Shown here: positions 53,920 through 64,000 of the stretch, piece after piece | Position numbering within the stretch: the first letter of the stretch is position 1 | Layout of the letters: each line of letters starts with the position of its first letter | Source: a bacterium | Lineage (GTDB): Bacteria > Ratteibacteria > UBA8468 > B48-G9 > DTJG01 | Length of the DNA: 64,000 nucleotides | Reading direction: 5' to 3' | NCBI GenBank assembly: GCA_021800535.1 | Contig: JAJYYV010000004.1 | Coordinates: 16,007 to 80,006, forward strand | The notes under the pieces: generated by a model | Seen by the model: the letters and a program-made list of their open reading frames with translations, nothing else | Databases searched by the model: none | What the model was told of the DNA's origin: nothing | Program-made: the position numbers and the translations under genes

Positions 53920-54891
53920 ATGGAGATAAAAAATATGACCCCAAGAGAAAAATTTATTGCTGCTTTAGAAAGAAAACCAATAGTAGGACGCGTTCCACAT
54001 TTTGAACTTGTTTTTTTCCTTACAATGGAATCTTTTGGAAGGGTTCATCCTTCACATCGCAACTATGGACAATGGAATCAAATGAGTGAAAAAGAAAGGA
54101 ATCTTCATAGAAACGAGATGGCGGATATTTTTATTATGACAGCTGAAAGCTTTGGACATAGTGCCATCTTTATTCATCCAAATCCATGGGATATTGAAGA
54201 AATTTTTAAAATAATTGACATTATAAGAGAAAAAACGGGTAATAAATATTTTTTAATGATACATGGAGATGCTACTTTTGGTGTTCCGGATGGCAATCAC
54301 ATGGTAGAATTTGCTTATAAACTACAAGATGAATCTGAAAAATTAAAACAAGAAGCAGAAGATATGGTGAATAAAGCGCTTGAAAAAGCTGAAAAGATAA
54401 AAAAACATGGTGGGCTTGATGGTTTTGCTTTATGTTCTGATTATTGTTATAATACAGGTCCTTTTTTAAGCCCGGCACAATTTTCAGAATTTATTACACC
54501 ATATCTTGCAAAATTAATTAAAGGATACAGAGATATGGGTTTTTATGCAATAAAACATACTGATGGAAATATAATGCCTATAATAGACCAGTTAGTTCAA
54601 GCCAATCCGCATGCTCTTCATTCTCTTGACCCGCAGGCAGGAGTGGATATTGCAGAAGTGAAAAAGAGATATGGAGATAAAGTATGCTTAATAGGCAATG
54701 TCAATTGTGGATTTTTAGATACAGGAACAGAACAACAGGTAATAGAATCCTGTAGATATGCTTTAAAATCTGGTATGCCGGGTTATGGGTATATCTATTC
54801 AACAAGCAATTGCATTTATACTGGAATGAAACTTGAAAGATACCAGCTTATGCTTTCTGTATGGAGATTGGAAGGAAATTATTTAGGTTAG
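53920..54891 (+). CDS. uroporphyrinogen decarboxylase (URO-D) superfamily protein (MtaA/CmuA-like methyltransferase or decarboxylase)
   Basis: URO-D-like TIM barrel pattern (IHGDATFG, HTDGNIMPII, SLDPQAG). Confidence 0.65.
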   Translation: MEIKNMTPREKFIAALERKPIVGRVPHFELVFFLTMESFGRVHPSHRNYGQWNQMSEKERNLHRNEMADIFIMTAESFGHSAIFIHPNPWDIEEIFKIIDIIREKTGNKYFLMIHGDATFGVPDGNHMVEFAYKLQDESEKLKQEAEDMVNKALEKAEKIKKHGGLDGFALCSDYCYNTGPFLSPAQFSEFITPYLAKLIKGYRDMGFYAIKHTDGNIMPIIDQLVQANPHALHSLDPQAGVDIAEVKKRYGDKVCLIGNVNCGFLDTGTEQQVIESCRYALKSGMPGYGYIYSTSNCIYTGMKLERYQLMLSVWRLEGNYLG

Positions 54892-56111
54892 GTGTCAGGG
54901 AAATCATATTTTTTAAATAATTTTCTATAATAAACTACATATAAAGCTTGTAATCCTGCAGCTAAAAAGAAAGGAAATTCAAAATATCCGGAATCCATTA
55001 AAAGTCCTACCAGGTATGGCCCCAAAGATCGGGGAATCTGCATAGAAAATGCATTTAAACTTGTGGCAAATCCTCTTCTTTTATCTCTCACAAGACTTAT
55101 TACAACAGCCTGTCTTGGTCCTGCGGAACTTCTGTTAAATATTTGGTGTAAAACATATACAATTGCCGCTAAACTATAAATAGGCATAAAAGGAAGAATA
55201 AAAAGAAAAACAACCCCTATGGTTCTGGAGATTGTTGCTAATTTTATAAGTCCCATGGTTTTTGTAAGTTCTCCTGTATAAAAAGAAAGAATACCTGTTG
55301 AAAAAAATGTTGCAGCCAATACAGGCGCTATTAAACCTGCTCCAATTCCAAATCTTACAGCAAACCAGTAAGCAATCAGAGGGCTTTTTAAACCTATAGC
55401 AAGACCATTTAAAGAATTCAAAAAAATTAATTTTTTTAAGTTGCGGTTTTCTTTTTTATGTATTTCTATTTCTTCATTATGTGGAATTGGTTTGTTTTCT
55501 TCTTTTATTTTTGCAGGTTTAGATTTATATTCTTCGGTAGTTGTTATTAAAATAGGTAGAGTAATCAGGGCTATTAAAATAATAATAATAAAAAATGGTT
55601 TATAGGATAAGATATTATTATGATAAATATGGTTTAGTAGAGGATGTAGCATCGCTATCATTGAACCTATAGCCATTCCAAATGCACTTAGAGAATTTCT
55701 TAAACTAAGAATATGTCCTCTTTCTTTAGCCTTTATTTTTTCTGCAAGCCATGCAACCTCTGCAGGAGTAAAAATTCCTGCGCCTCCCATTTGTCCAAGT
55801 CCAAAACTTCCAAACGCAGAGGCTATTAATAAAAAATAATAGTTTGTTGTAAAAAGCATTATTGTTGCAGCTAAAAATAAAAGAAAGGTATATACTATTA
55901 AAAATGGTTTTCTTCTGTATTTATCACTTAACAATCCTATAGCTAATGTTCCACCGGCGCTAAATAAACTTGTAAAAGCATAAAGAATACCAATTAAAAC
56001 TCCACTATAATGGAGAGATTTTAAATATAGTGCAAAATTTACTATTAAAATTCCCTGGCCTATGCTTCTAAGAACCCTTGCAGTTAATAATTTTTTTATA
56101 TCTTTGTTCAT
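54888..56111 (-). CDS. MFS transporter
   Basis: 12 predicted TM helices. G..SD...RRKP-like motif between TM2 and TM3 (LLSDKYRRKP). Confidence 0.8.
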   Translation of the reverse strand: MNKDIKKLLTARVLRSIGQGILIVNFALYLKSLHYSGVLIGILYAFTSLFSAGGTLAIGLLSDKYRRKPFLIVYTFLLFLAATIMLFTTNYYFLLIASAFGSFGLGQMGGAGIFTPAEVAWLAEKIKAKERGHILSLRNSLSAFGMAIGSMIAMLHPLLNHIYHNNILSYKPFFIIIILIALITLPILITTTEEYKSKPAKIKEENKPIPHNEEIEIHKKENRNLKKLIFLNSLNGLAIGLKSPLIAYWFAVRFGIGAGLIAPVLAATFFSTGILSFYTGELTKTMGLIKLATISRTIGVVFLFILPFMPIYSLAAIVYVLHQIFNRSSAGPRQAVVISLVRDKRRGFATSLNAFSMQIPRSLGPYLVGLLMDSGYFEFPFFLAAGLQALYVVYYRKLFKKYDFPDT

Positions 56112-56127
56112 AGGTTTAAGTTAAAAA

Positions 56128-56153
56128 TTAACACAAAATTAACACAAAATTAA
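56128..56153 (+). promoter_or_regulatory. candidate Pho box: TTAACACAAAA direct repeat (2.4 copies, 11-bp period) upstream of pstS
   Basis: TTAACACAAAA TTAACACAAAA TTAA. An 11-bp periodic direct repeat, ~75 bp upstream of the pstS start. Confidence 0.4.
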
Positions 56154-56228
56154 TAATTTCTTAACTTTTTGTATTTATCATAATAACATAGAGAATAAAA
56201 ATATAATAATTACCGGGAGGATAAAAAT

Positions 56229-57332
56229 ATGAAAAAATTTTGGACTATATTAATAATTCTTTTGATAATAATTATCATTGGTTTAACCTTTGCGCATAAA
56301 CATTCTTTTTCGTCTAAACCTACGGAAGAAAAAGTATTGCTTGGAGCAGGTTCAACATTCGGATATCCGCTTTATTCTAAAATTTTTGATGTTTATTATA
56401 AAAAATATGGAATAAAAATCAACTATCAGCCTATTGGTTCAGGCGGAGGTATAAGACAGCTTAAAAATCATACTGTGGATTTTGGTGCTTCTGATGCCTA
56501 TTTATCAAAGACAGAATTATCTGAAATGGGTGCTCCTGTAGTCCACATTGCTACTTGTATGGGCTCAGTTGTTATTATGTATAATCTTCCAGCCTTACAG
56601 GGGAAACCACCACTCAGGTTTACTCCGGGTATTCTTGCTGATATATTCCTTGGAAATATCAAGAAATGGAATGACCCAAGAATTCAGAAAATCAATCCGG
56701 GAGTAAAATTACCGGATATGAATATAATTACCGTCCATAGGGCAGATGGTAGCGGAACAACTTTTATATTCAGTAATTATTTAAGTAAGGTAAGTCCGCA
56801 ATGGAAGAAAAAAGTGGGATATGGCATATCTTTAAATTGGCCTGCTGGATTGGCAGGAAAAGGAAGCCCTGGTGTGTCAGGTCTGGTAGAACAAACACCT
56901 GGAAGTATAGGGTATGTGGAACTTATTTATGCTTTACAGAATAATATCTCTTATGCATTAATCCAGAATAAAAGTGGTAAATTTATAAAGGCAACCCTTT
57001 CTTCCACCAGTATATCTGGCAATGTAAAACTTCCTGCTGATATGAGAGTTTCTATAACAAATACACCAGAAAAAGATGGCTATCCAATCAGCGGATTTAC
57101 ATGGATACTTGTTTATAAAAATCAGGATTATGCAGGACGAACTTTACAACAGGCAAAACAGGTAGTAAGTCTTTTATGGTGGATTATTCACCAGGGACAG
57201 AAATGGACAACTCCACTTTCCTATGCTCCTCTTTCTAAGGCTGCTGTTAAAAATGATGAGTCTATTATTAAATCAATAAACTATAATGGCAAATCTGTCT
57301 GGCAAAATAATCATAAAAACAATTTGAAATAA
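56229..57332 (+). CDS. pstS: phosphate ABC transporter substrate-binding protein
   Basis: GAGSTFGYPLY...GSGGGI PstS signature and a signal anchor. Confidence 0.9.
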   Translation: MKKFWTILIILLIIIIIGLTFAHKHSFSSKPTEEKVLLGAGSTFGYPLYSKIFDVYYKKYGIKINYQPIGSGGGIRQLKNHTVDFGASDAYLSKTELSEMGAPVVHIATCMGSVVIMYNLPALQGKPPLRFTPGILADIFLGNIKKWNDPRIQKINPGVKLPDMNIITVHRADGSGTTFIFSNYLSKVSPQWKKKVGYGISLNWPAGLAGKGSPGVSGLVEQTPGSIGYVELIYALQNNISYALIQNKSGKFIKATLSSTSISGNVKLPADMRVSITNTPEKDGYPISGFTWILVYKNQDYAGRTLQQAKQVVSLLWWIIHQGQKWTTPLSYAPLSKAAVKNDESIIKSINYNGKSVWQNNHKNNLK

Positions 57333-57334
57333 AA

Positions 57335-58273
57335 ATGAATAATCTTAATGCGGATATATTCATTAAAAAGTCTCACAGGAATATACAAATTAGAGGAAAT
57401 AAATTTTCCGGTGATGTAGTTTTTAAAAAATTTCTTTTTTTCTCTGGGTTATGCATTATAATTCTTTTTCTTGCAATTTTTCTTTCTCTTGTTTTAAATT
57501 CCATTCCATCTATCAGGGCATTTGGTTTGAATTTTTTTATCACAAAGGTATGGTCTCCTCCTGATAGACAGTTTGGTGCTTTACCTTTTATTGTTGGCAC
57601 ACTTGCCACTTCATTTTTGGCTATAATAATAACAATTCCTTTTTCTTTTTCTATTTCAGTATTTACAGGAGAGTTTTATAAAGAAGGAGTTTTATCAAAT
57701 ATTTTAAAAAGTATGATTGAACTTCTTGCTGGAATTCCTTCAGTTGTGTATGGATTTTTCGGATTATTTGTTCTTGCGCCGGTAATAAGAACTCTGGAAA
57801 TGAAAATTGGTGTTTTACCCTATGGAGTTGGAATTTTTACATCATCTCTTATTCTTTCAGTTATGATTATACCATTTTCTGCTTCAATTGGCAGGGAAGT
57901 GATTAATATGGTTCCTGCAGATATTAAAGAAGCAGCTTATTCTTTAGGAGGAACACATTATGAAGTTATCAGAAGTACTGTAATTCCTTATGCCAAAAGT
58001 GGTATTTTTGCCGGAATTTTACTTGCTCTTGGAAGGGCATTGGGGGAAACAATGGCAGTTACAATGATAATTGGTAATTCAGATTTTTTACCACATAGCA
58101 TTTTTAGTCCTGCAAATACAATGGCAAGTGTTATAGCCAATGAGTTTACAGAGGCAACAGGAACACTTTATCTGTCAAGTTTAATAGAAATAGGGGTCGT
58201 TCTTTTTATTATTACAGGAATTATTAATATTCTTGGTAAAATTATAATTAAAAAATTAATGGTGGAAATCTAA
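57335..58273 (+). CDS. pstC: phosphate ABC transporter permease PstC
   Basis: 6 TM with the EAA-like loop (LGGTHYEVI). Operon position. Confidence 0.9.
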   Translation: MNNLNADIFIKKSHRNIQIRGNKFSGDVVFKKFLFFSGLCIIILFLAIFLSLVLNSIPSIRAFGLNFFITKVWSPPDRQFGALPFIVGTLATSFLAIIITIPFSFSISVFTGEFYKEGVLSNILKSMIELLAGIPSVVYGFFGLFVLAPVIRTLEMKIGVLPYGVGIFTSSLILSVMIIPFSASIGREVINMVPADIKEAAYSLGGTHYEVIRSTVIPYAKSGIFAGILLALGRALGETMAVTMIIGNSDFLPHSIFSPANTMASVIANEFTEATGTLYLSSLIEIGVVLFIITGIINILGKIIIKKLMVEI

Positions 58274-58276
58274 AAA

Positions 58277-59119
58277 ATGAATAATATTTTTAAAAGAACT
58301 GTTAAAGACAAAGCATTCAAATATATTATAGTATTGTTTTCCTTTATTTCTGTTGTTCCTCTTATTTTTATTCTTTTATATATTTTTAAAAATGGTATTT
58401 CCGCTATAAATTTAAAATTTTTTACCCATCTGCCAAAACCTGTTGGTGAAAAAGGCGGTGGGATATCAAATGCAATTATAGGAACCTTTATGATTGTTAT
58501 TATTGCTTCTTTAGTGGCTATTCCTATTGGTATAATAGTTGGTGTTTTTTTATCAGAAAATAAAAAAAGCAGATTTGCTGAATTTGTAAGAACCAGTACG
58601 GATATTTTGTTAAGTATTCCTTCAATTGTTATAGGTATAGTAGCCTATATATGGCTGGTTAAGTCTATGGGTGATTTTTCTGCTTTATCAGGAGGTATTG
58701 CTCTTGCAATTATGATGCTTCCTGTTATAATAAAATCTACGGAAGAAACATTAAAACTTATTCCTGACCATTTAAAAGAAGCATCTCTGGCTTTAGGAGT
58801 CCCTTATTACAGAACAATTTTAAAGGTTATTCTTCCTGCAGGAATAAGTGGTATTATTACAGGTATTTTGCTTGGCATTGCCCGTATTGCCGGAGAGACT
58901 GCTCCACTGCTTTTTACAGCCTTTGGGAATCCGTTTATGAACATAAATATTTTAAGGCCGGTCAATGCTTTGCCGTTATTGATTTATAATTATGCAATGA
59001 GTCCCTATCATCAATGGCATAAGATTGCCTGGGGTGCTGCTCTGGTTCTTATAATACTTGTTTTAATATTAAATATTATAGCCAAAATAGTGATAAAAAA
59101 ATGGAAAGTGCAATTTTAA
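58277..59119 (+). CDS. pstA: phosphate ABC transporter permease PstA
   Basis: 6 TM permease following pstC. Confidence 0.9.
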   Translation: MNNIFKRTVKDKAFKYIIVLFSFISVVPLIFILLYIFKNGISAINLKFFTHLPKPVGEKGGGISNAIIGTFMIVIIASLVAIPIGIIVGVFLSENKKSRFAEFVRTSTDILLSIPSIVIGIVAYIWLVKSMGDFSALSGGIALAIMMLPVIIKSTEETLKLIPDHLKEASLALGVPYYRTILKVILPAGISGIITGILLGIARIAGETAPLLFTAFGNPFMNINILRPVNALPLLIYNYAMSPYHQWHKIAWGAALVLIILVLILNIIAKIVIKKWKVQF

Positions 59120-59859
59120 AAATTGAGAATTTTTATGCATATTTTGGGGAAACAGAAATTTTAAAAAATATTAATCTTTCAATATTTCCTAATCAGACTA
59201 CTGCTATTATGGGTCCTTCAGGATGTGGAAAAACAACCCTTATAAGATGTATAAACAGAATGCATGAATTTGTTCAAAATGCAAGAGTTTCAGGGAAAAT
59301 TTTTTTATATGACCAGGATATTTATTCTTCAAATCCCATAGTAATAAGAAGAAAAATAGGAATGGTATTTCAGAAACCAAATCCTTTTCCAACAATGAGT
59401 ATATATGAAAATGTTATATCCGGTTTTACGCTTAATGGAATAAAACTAAAAAAAAGTGAAAAAGACAGAATTGTAGAAGATTCCTTAAAAAAAGCAGAAC
59501 TATGGGATGAAGTAAAAAATAATATTTATAGAAAAGGAACATTTTTATCAGGGGGCCAGCAGCAAAGACTATGTATAGCACGAGCGCTGGCAATGAATCC
59601 GGATATTTTGCTCCTTGATGAACCAACATCTGCTTTAGACCCAAAATCAACATCTGCAATAGAATCATTAATAATAGAACTAAAGAAAACTGTTACTATT
59701 ATTATTGTTACACATAATACTGCCCAGGCAGCACGTATTTCTGATAGAACAGCATTTCTTTATTTAGGGGAAATGATTGAATATGATATAACAGAAAAAA
59801 TGTTTACTGTTCCCAAAGATAAAAGAACAGAAGAATATCTTACAGGGAAATTTGGATAA
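59101..59859 (+). CDS. pstB: phosphate ABC transporter ATP-binding protein
   Basis: GPSGCGKTT, LSGGQQQRLCIARAL, LLLDEPTSALD. Confidence 0.95.
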   Translation: MESAILKIENFYAYFGETEILKNINLSIFPNQTTAIMGPSGCGKTTLIRCINRMHEFVQNARVSGKIFLYDQDIYSSNPIVIRRKIGMVFQKPNPFPTMSIYENVISGFTLNGIKLKKSEKDRIVEDSLKKAELWDEVKNNIYRKGTFLSGGQQQRLCIARALAMNPDILLLDEPTSALDPKSTSAIESLIIELKKTVTIIIVTHNTAQAARISDRTAFLYLGEMIEYDITEKMFTVPKDKRTEEYLTGKFG

Positions 59860-59871
59860 GGAGAAAACACA

Positions 59872-60540
59872 ATGATTATAGAAGAAAAAATAAGCCAGTT
59901 AAAAAAAGAAATAATTGAATATGCAAATCTTATAGAGAGAATGATTCAAAAGAGCATAGATGGTCTCCTTAAAAGAGAAAACAAATTACTAAATGAAGTT
60001 ATCCAGGATGATGAACCAGTGGCAAACAGATGGGAGATTGATATTGATGAGTTATGTACTGCAATTATTGCGCAGTTTGAACCAAAAGCAAAAGATTTAA
60101 GAACAATTCTGATGGCTTCCAAAATGAATAATGACCTTGAAAGAATGGGGGACCATGCTGTAAATATATCAGAAAGTGGTATTTTTCTTATTGATAAGCC
60201 GCCAATAAAACCTCTTATAGATATACCAAGAATGGCAGAAGAAGCGACAAAAATGTTAAAAGACAGTATAGAATCTTTTATCAGTGAGGATGCAAAGTTA
60301 GCAAAAAGTGTTTGCGAAAGAGATGATATTGTAGATGGTTTACATGACCAGATTTACAGGGAACTTATAACTTTTATGATATCAAATTCCTCTATAATTG
60401 AAATATCTTTACATCTCATCAGAATATCAAATAATCTTGAACGAATAGCAGACCTTACAACAAATATATGTGAAGATGTAATATTTATGACAGAAGGAAG
60501 GGTTATCAAACATCATGTAGAAGAAAATGGGAAAATATAA
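59872..60540 (+). CDS. phoU: phosphate signalling complex protein PhoU
   Basis: Two PhoU repeats (DLERMGDHAVNI and NLERIADLTTNI). Confidence 0.9.
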   Translation: MIIEEKISQLKKEIIEYANLIERMIQKSIDGLLKRENKLLNEVIQDDEPVANRWEIDIDELCTAIIAQFEPKAKDLRTILMASKMNNDLERMGDHAVNISESGIFLIDKPPIKPLIDIPRMAEEATKMLKDSIESFISEDAKLAKSVCERDDIVDGLHDQIYRELITFMISNSSIIEISLHLIRISNNLERIADLTTNICEDVIFMTEGRVIKHHVEENGKI

Positions 60541-61291
60541 AGCAATAATTACATATAAAGGAACAGAATTTTCTGGTTTACAGAAACAGAAAAATAAAAA
60601 AACCATCCAGTCAATTATAGAGCAATGTTTTAAGGGAATATTTAATAAACCTGTTTCCATTCAGGCCAGTGGAAGAACAGATAGCGGTGTCCATGGCCTT
60701 TCACAAATCATTTCTTTTCAGATTGACACAAAGATGGCGGTTTCTGAGATAAAAAAAGCCCTTAACAGTCAGCTTAAAAAATATGATATCTATATTAAAA
60801 AGGTGTCAGGGGTAAAATCTGTTTTTCACCCACGATATGATGCAAAAGGTAAAATTTACAGATATCTGATTTCCCAGAATTTTTCTCCGTTTTTAAAAAA
60901 CTTGGTCTGGTTTATCAGTCCAGATTTATCCCTTGAGAAAATGAAAAAAGCCAGTCAATATCTTATTGGAAAACACGACTTTTCATCTTTTTGTTCCACC
61001 GGTAGTTCTGTAAAATCTTATATACGGGAGATATACTGGATAAAAATAAAAAAAGAACGATTTACCATAGACCCGGATATAAAACTTATTTCCATTGAAA
61101 TATATGCATCCGGATTTTTGTATAAAATGGCACGGACAATTATAGGAACATTAGTGGATGTTGGGAAAAACAGATTATCTCCTGAAGAAATTAAAAAAAT
61201 TCTTGAAAGTAAAGACAGAAAACAAGCCTCACAAACAGCACCAGCTTGTGGCTTATATCTTAAAAAAGTATTTTACAGACAAATTATCTAA
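60527..61291 (+). CDS. truA: tRNA pseudouridine(38-40) synthase
   Basis: GRTDSGVHGLSQI catalytic Asp motif. Confidence 0.85.
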   Translation: MGKYKAIITYKGTEFSGLQKQKNKKTIQSIIEQCFKGIFNKPVSIQASGRTDSGVHGLSQIISFQIDTKMAVSEIKKALNSQLKKYDIYIKKVSGVKSVFHPRYDAKGKIYRYLISQNFSPFLKNLVWFISPDLSLEKMKKASQYLIGKHDFSSFCSTGSSVKSYIREIYWIKIKKERFTIDPDIKLISIEIYASGFLYKMARTIIGTLVDVGKNRLSPEEIKKILESKDRKQASQTAPACGLYLKKVFYRQII

Positions 61292-61388
61292 TTCATTTAG
61301 AGGGATGCTTTTTTATAAAAGGTGGTATAATAATAAAAAGGAAAATATATAATTATTTAAGTAAGAAATTAAATAAAAGGTCAAATAA

Positions 61389-62663
61389 ATGGAATATAAA
61401 ATTTTAAAACATGATATGGATGTATTAAGAAAATTAGCAAAAAGAAAAATGGAAATTGCAAATGACCCTGTTAATTTAGAAAGAAAAGATTTATGGAAAT
61501 CCCTTCATAACCTTAATCCAAAAAGGCCCATGGTTCTTGCAGAACACGGTGGTGTACAGGATAAGAAAAAACCATTTGATATTATTTTTGAATGTGAAGA
61601 AAAATGGGCTCAGGATGTTGAAAGAAGATTAAAAGAAGAAATATGGATATTTGAAACTCTTAAAGATGACCATTGTGTAGAGCCATATTTTAATATAAAC
61701 TGGTTTTTTAATATAAGCGGATATGGGGTTGAATCAGTTGTTCATCATATAAATGCAGAATTTATGACTTCAGTAAAGTATGATTCGCCAATAAAAGACA
61801 TTAAAAAAGATTTTCATAGGCTTCATCCAAGAACATATTCTGTTGATGAGGAAGGGACACTTGAATATAAAAAAACACTTGAAAATGTTTTTGAAAATAT
61901 TATGCCTATAAGGATTAGAGGGGCTTTCTGGTGGACAATGGGATTGACAATTGTTGCAGTAACTTCACTTATAGGTCTTGAAAACCTTATGCTCTTTATG
62001 TATGATGACCCTGAAGGATTACAAATGCTTATGGAGTTTCTTAAGGAAGACCATATTGCTTTTGCAAAGTGGTTGGAAAAAAATGGTTATTTTTCTTTGA
62101 ATAATGAAAATGATTATATTGGTTCTGGTAGTATTGGATATGTAAGCGATTTACCATCTCCAACTTATAAAAAAAATAGCCCTGTGTCTACCAAAGACAT
62201 ATGGGTGCTTCTTGAAAGTCAGGAAACTGTTGGTGTAAGCCCTAATTTATTTGACAATTTTGTATTTAAATATCAAAAGGATATAGCTAAAGAATTTGGC
62301 CTTGTATATTATGGATGCTGTGAACCTGTTCATACCAGATGGGATGTTATATCCAGATTGAAAAATTTACGGGCTGTTTCTATTGCACCACTTTGTAATC
62401 AGGAAATAATGGCAGAGAAAATGAGGAATAAATATGTATTTTCCAGAAAACCCAATCCCACACTTATAAGCACAGAAAAATTTAATGAAGAATTGATAGA
62501 TAAGGATATTAAATATACCTTAGGACTTGTAGAAAAATATAATATTTGTCTGGAAATGATTATGAAAGATGTTCATACCCTTTCAAATCAACCTGAAAGA
62601 CTTGCAAGATGGGTAAAAATGGCAAAAGACTTAATTGGCGCAAAAGAATTAATTAGTACATAA
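61389..62663 (+). CDS. hypothetical protein (possibly URO-D-like fold)
   Basis: 424-aa ORF. Only weak resemblance to URO-D-like methyltransferases. Confidence 0.35.
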   Translation: MEYKILKHDMDVLRKLAKRKMEIANDPVNLERKDLWKSLHNLNPKRPMVLAEHGGVQDKKKPFDIIFECEEKWAQDVERRLKEEIWIFETLKDDHCVEPYFNINWFFNISGYGVESVVHHINAEFMTSVKYDSPIKDIKKDFHRLHPRTYSVDEEGTLEYKKTLENVFENIMPIRIRGAFWWTMGLTIVAVTSLIGLENLMLFMYDDPEGLQMLMEFLKEDHIAFAKWLEKNGYFSLNNENDYIGSGSIGYVSDLPSPTYKKNSPVSTKDIWVLLESQETVGVSPNLFDNFVFKYQKDIAKEFGLVYYGCCEPVHTRWDVISRLKNLRAVSIAPLCNQEIMAEKMRNKYVFSRKPNPTLISTEKFNEELIDKDIKYTLGLVEKYNICLEMIMKDVHTLSNQPERLARWVKMAKDLIGAKELIST

Positions 62664-62821
62664 TATCTGAATTTCTATTTATTTTTATAACCACCAATGA
62701 ACTTTTTCAAAAATCTTATTACTTAACATAATTAACAAATTTGTATATTATAATAAAATGTTGAATCTTAAAATATTAATTTTATTGTTTAAGTATAAAA
62801 TATAGTTTATGATTAATAATT

Positions 62822-63733
62822 ATGGAAAAAATAAAAAAATACCTGAAAAAGATTTTTGAAAAAAGAATTTTCTTTGATTGTGAAGCCTCAAAGATTACAA
62901 GTTTTAAAACCGGAGGGAAAATATCTATTCTTTTATTCCCTGAGAATAAAGGAGATATAGAATCTTTGTATCATATACAAAATCAGTATAATATTCCTGT
63001 AAAATTTTTAGGGCATGGTTCAAATGTTCTGATAAGTGATAAAGGATATAATGGTATCATTGCATTGACTGAAAAATTTTCAGATATTTCATTTGAAAAT
63101 AGAAATGTTTATGTTCAATCCGGAGTAAAAATAAATACTTTTCTTAAATTTTTAATAAATAACAACCTGAAAAATGGGGAGTTTATGTCCGGCATTCCAG
63201 GTTCTATTGGTGGAGTAGTAATTATGAATGCAGGGACAAAAGACAGATTTATCAGTTCCATAATTAGCAGAGTGGATATTTTTGACAGAAAAGGTAATTG
63301 GATTGAAAAGAATATTTCACAGATTAAAACAGAATACAGAACATCTTCATTAAAAGAGGATGCATTTTTTATTTATTCAGTTTTATTTAATCTTGAGCCT
63401 GGCAATTCTGTGGAAATAAAACTAAAAATGAAAGAAATGATGAATTATCGTATAAACACACAGCCGCTTGGTTATCCTTCTGCAGGCTCGGTTTTTAAAA
63501 ATCCAGAAGGATTTTCTGCGGGAAAACTTATTGAAGATGCAGGTCTAAAAGGGACCAAAATAGGAGATGCAAAAATTTCAGAAAAACATGCGAATTTTAT
63601 TATAAATACAGGAAAAGCGACCTCCTCTGATATTTATAGCCTTATTCAGATAGTAAAGGAAAAAATTTTCCAGAAATATGGTATAATTCTTGAAACAGAA
63701 ATAGAACTTATTGGTTTTGGGAATAATAAATAA
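62822..63733 (+). CDS. murB: UDP-N-acetylenolpyruvoylglucosamine reductase
   Basis: FAD-binding N-terminus (FKTGG...GHGSN). C-terminal YPSAGSVFKNP...KIGDAKISEKHANFIIN. Confidence 0.85.
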   Translation: MEKIKKYLKKIFEKRIFFDCEASKITSFKTGGKISILLFPENKGDIESLYHIQNQYNIPVKFLGHGSNVLISDKGYNGIIALTEKFSDISFENRNVYVQSGVKINTFLKFLINNNLKNGEFMSGIPGSIGGVVIMNAGTKDRFISSIISRVDIFDRKGNWIEKNISQIKTEYRTSSLKEDAFFIYSVLFNLEPGNSVEIKLKMKEMMNYRINTQPLGYPSAGSVFKNPEGFSAGKLIEDAGLKGTKIGDAKISEKHANFIINTGKATSSDIYSLIQIVKEKIFQKYGIILETEIELIGFGNNK

Positions 63734-63754
63734 TAATAAATTTGTTGTATTTTA

Positions 63755-63949
63755 TTGTTAAAAATCATAGATGCAAAAATCTCAGAAAAACATGCAAATT
63801 TTATTATAAATACAGGAAAAGCAACCTCTTCTGATATTTATAAACTTATCCATTTGATAAAAGAAAAAATTTTTCAGAAATATGGTATAATTCTTAAAAC
63901 AGAAATAAAGATTATTGGAGAGGAGCAAAAATGGGGAAAAACAGAATAA
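63755..63949 (+). pseudogene. tandem partial duplicate of the murB 3' end (encodes a diverged copy of the last ~55 residues)
   Basis: DAKISEKHANFIINTGKATSSDIY[K/S]LI..KEKIFQKYGIIL.TEI. ~85-90% nt identity to 63571..63730. Confidence 0.6.
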
Positions 63950-64000
63950 TAGTTGATCCTAAAGTACATTTTGGTAAGCCTTATATAGCGGGTACAAGAA
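63929..64000 (+). CDS. DUF433-like protein, N-terminal part (continues beyond the window)
   Basis: MGKNRIIVDPKVHFGKPYIAGTR matches the D-P-x-x-x-x-G-K-P-x-I-x-GTR motif of DUF433. Confidence 0.4.

Overview
AT-rich (~30% GC) bacterial chromosomal segment. It is mostly housekeeping: rplM, a LeuA/LeuC-like pair, gatA, hldE-like kinase, kdsB, pyrG, a PhoB/PhoR-like two-component pair, clpB, 2-oxoacid:ferredoxin oxidoreductase, murC/murG/murB, rhaA, pstSCAB-phoU and truA. The left end carries a CsoR/YHS/TolC/MFP metal-efflux cluster. Two regions stand out. First, a ~10 kb accessory block (2.37-12.37 kb, minus strand) holds four tandemly arranged copies of an RHS repeat-associated core, each fused to a different 90-135 aa C-terminal tip. 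None has a canonical start or the large N-terminal RHS shell. Three of the four RHS cassettes are immediately followed by a membrane-anchored or secreted Asp-box/BNR-like beta-propeller protein; one of these also carries a perfect 117-bp internal duplication. The block also contains recombination relics: a BNR blade fragment fused in front of an RHS core, and a 57-bp RHS core relic. Second, a tRNA-Asn(GUU) gene (34219..34530) is interrupted in the anticodon by a 240-nt group I intron resembling the Azoarcus/cyanobacterial IC3 tRNA introns. It is preceded by a small YhbQ-type GIY-YIG nuclease gene. Degenerate 5' and 3' tRNA-Asn fragments carrying internal insertions flank the pair. Other items: a MITE-like 180-bp element with 16-bp inverted repeats and a related solo 22-bp palindrome elsewhere, a T4CP-like ATPase plus putative replication-relaxation gene pair, an HPS/RraA-like fusion, a site-2 protease with no canonical start codon, a frameshifted DUF362 gene, a tandem duplicate of the murB 3' end, and a Pho-box-like direct repeat upstream of pstS. 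No rRNA and no CRISPR array is present.
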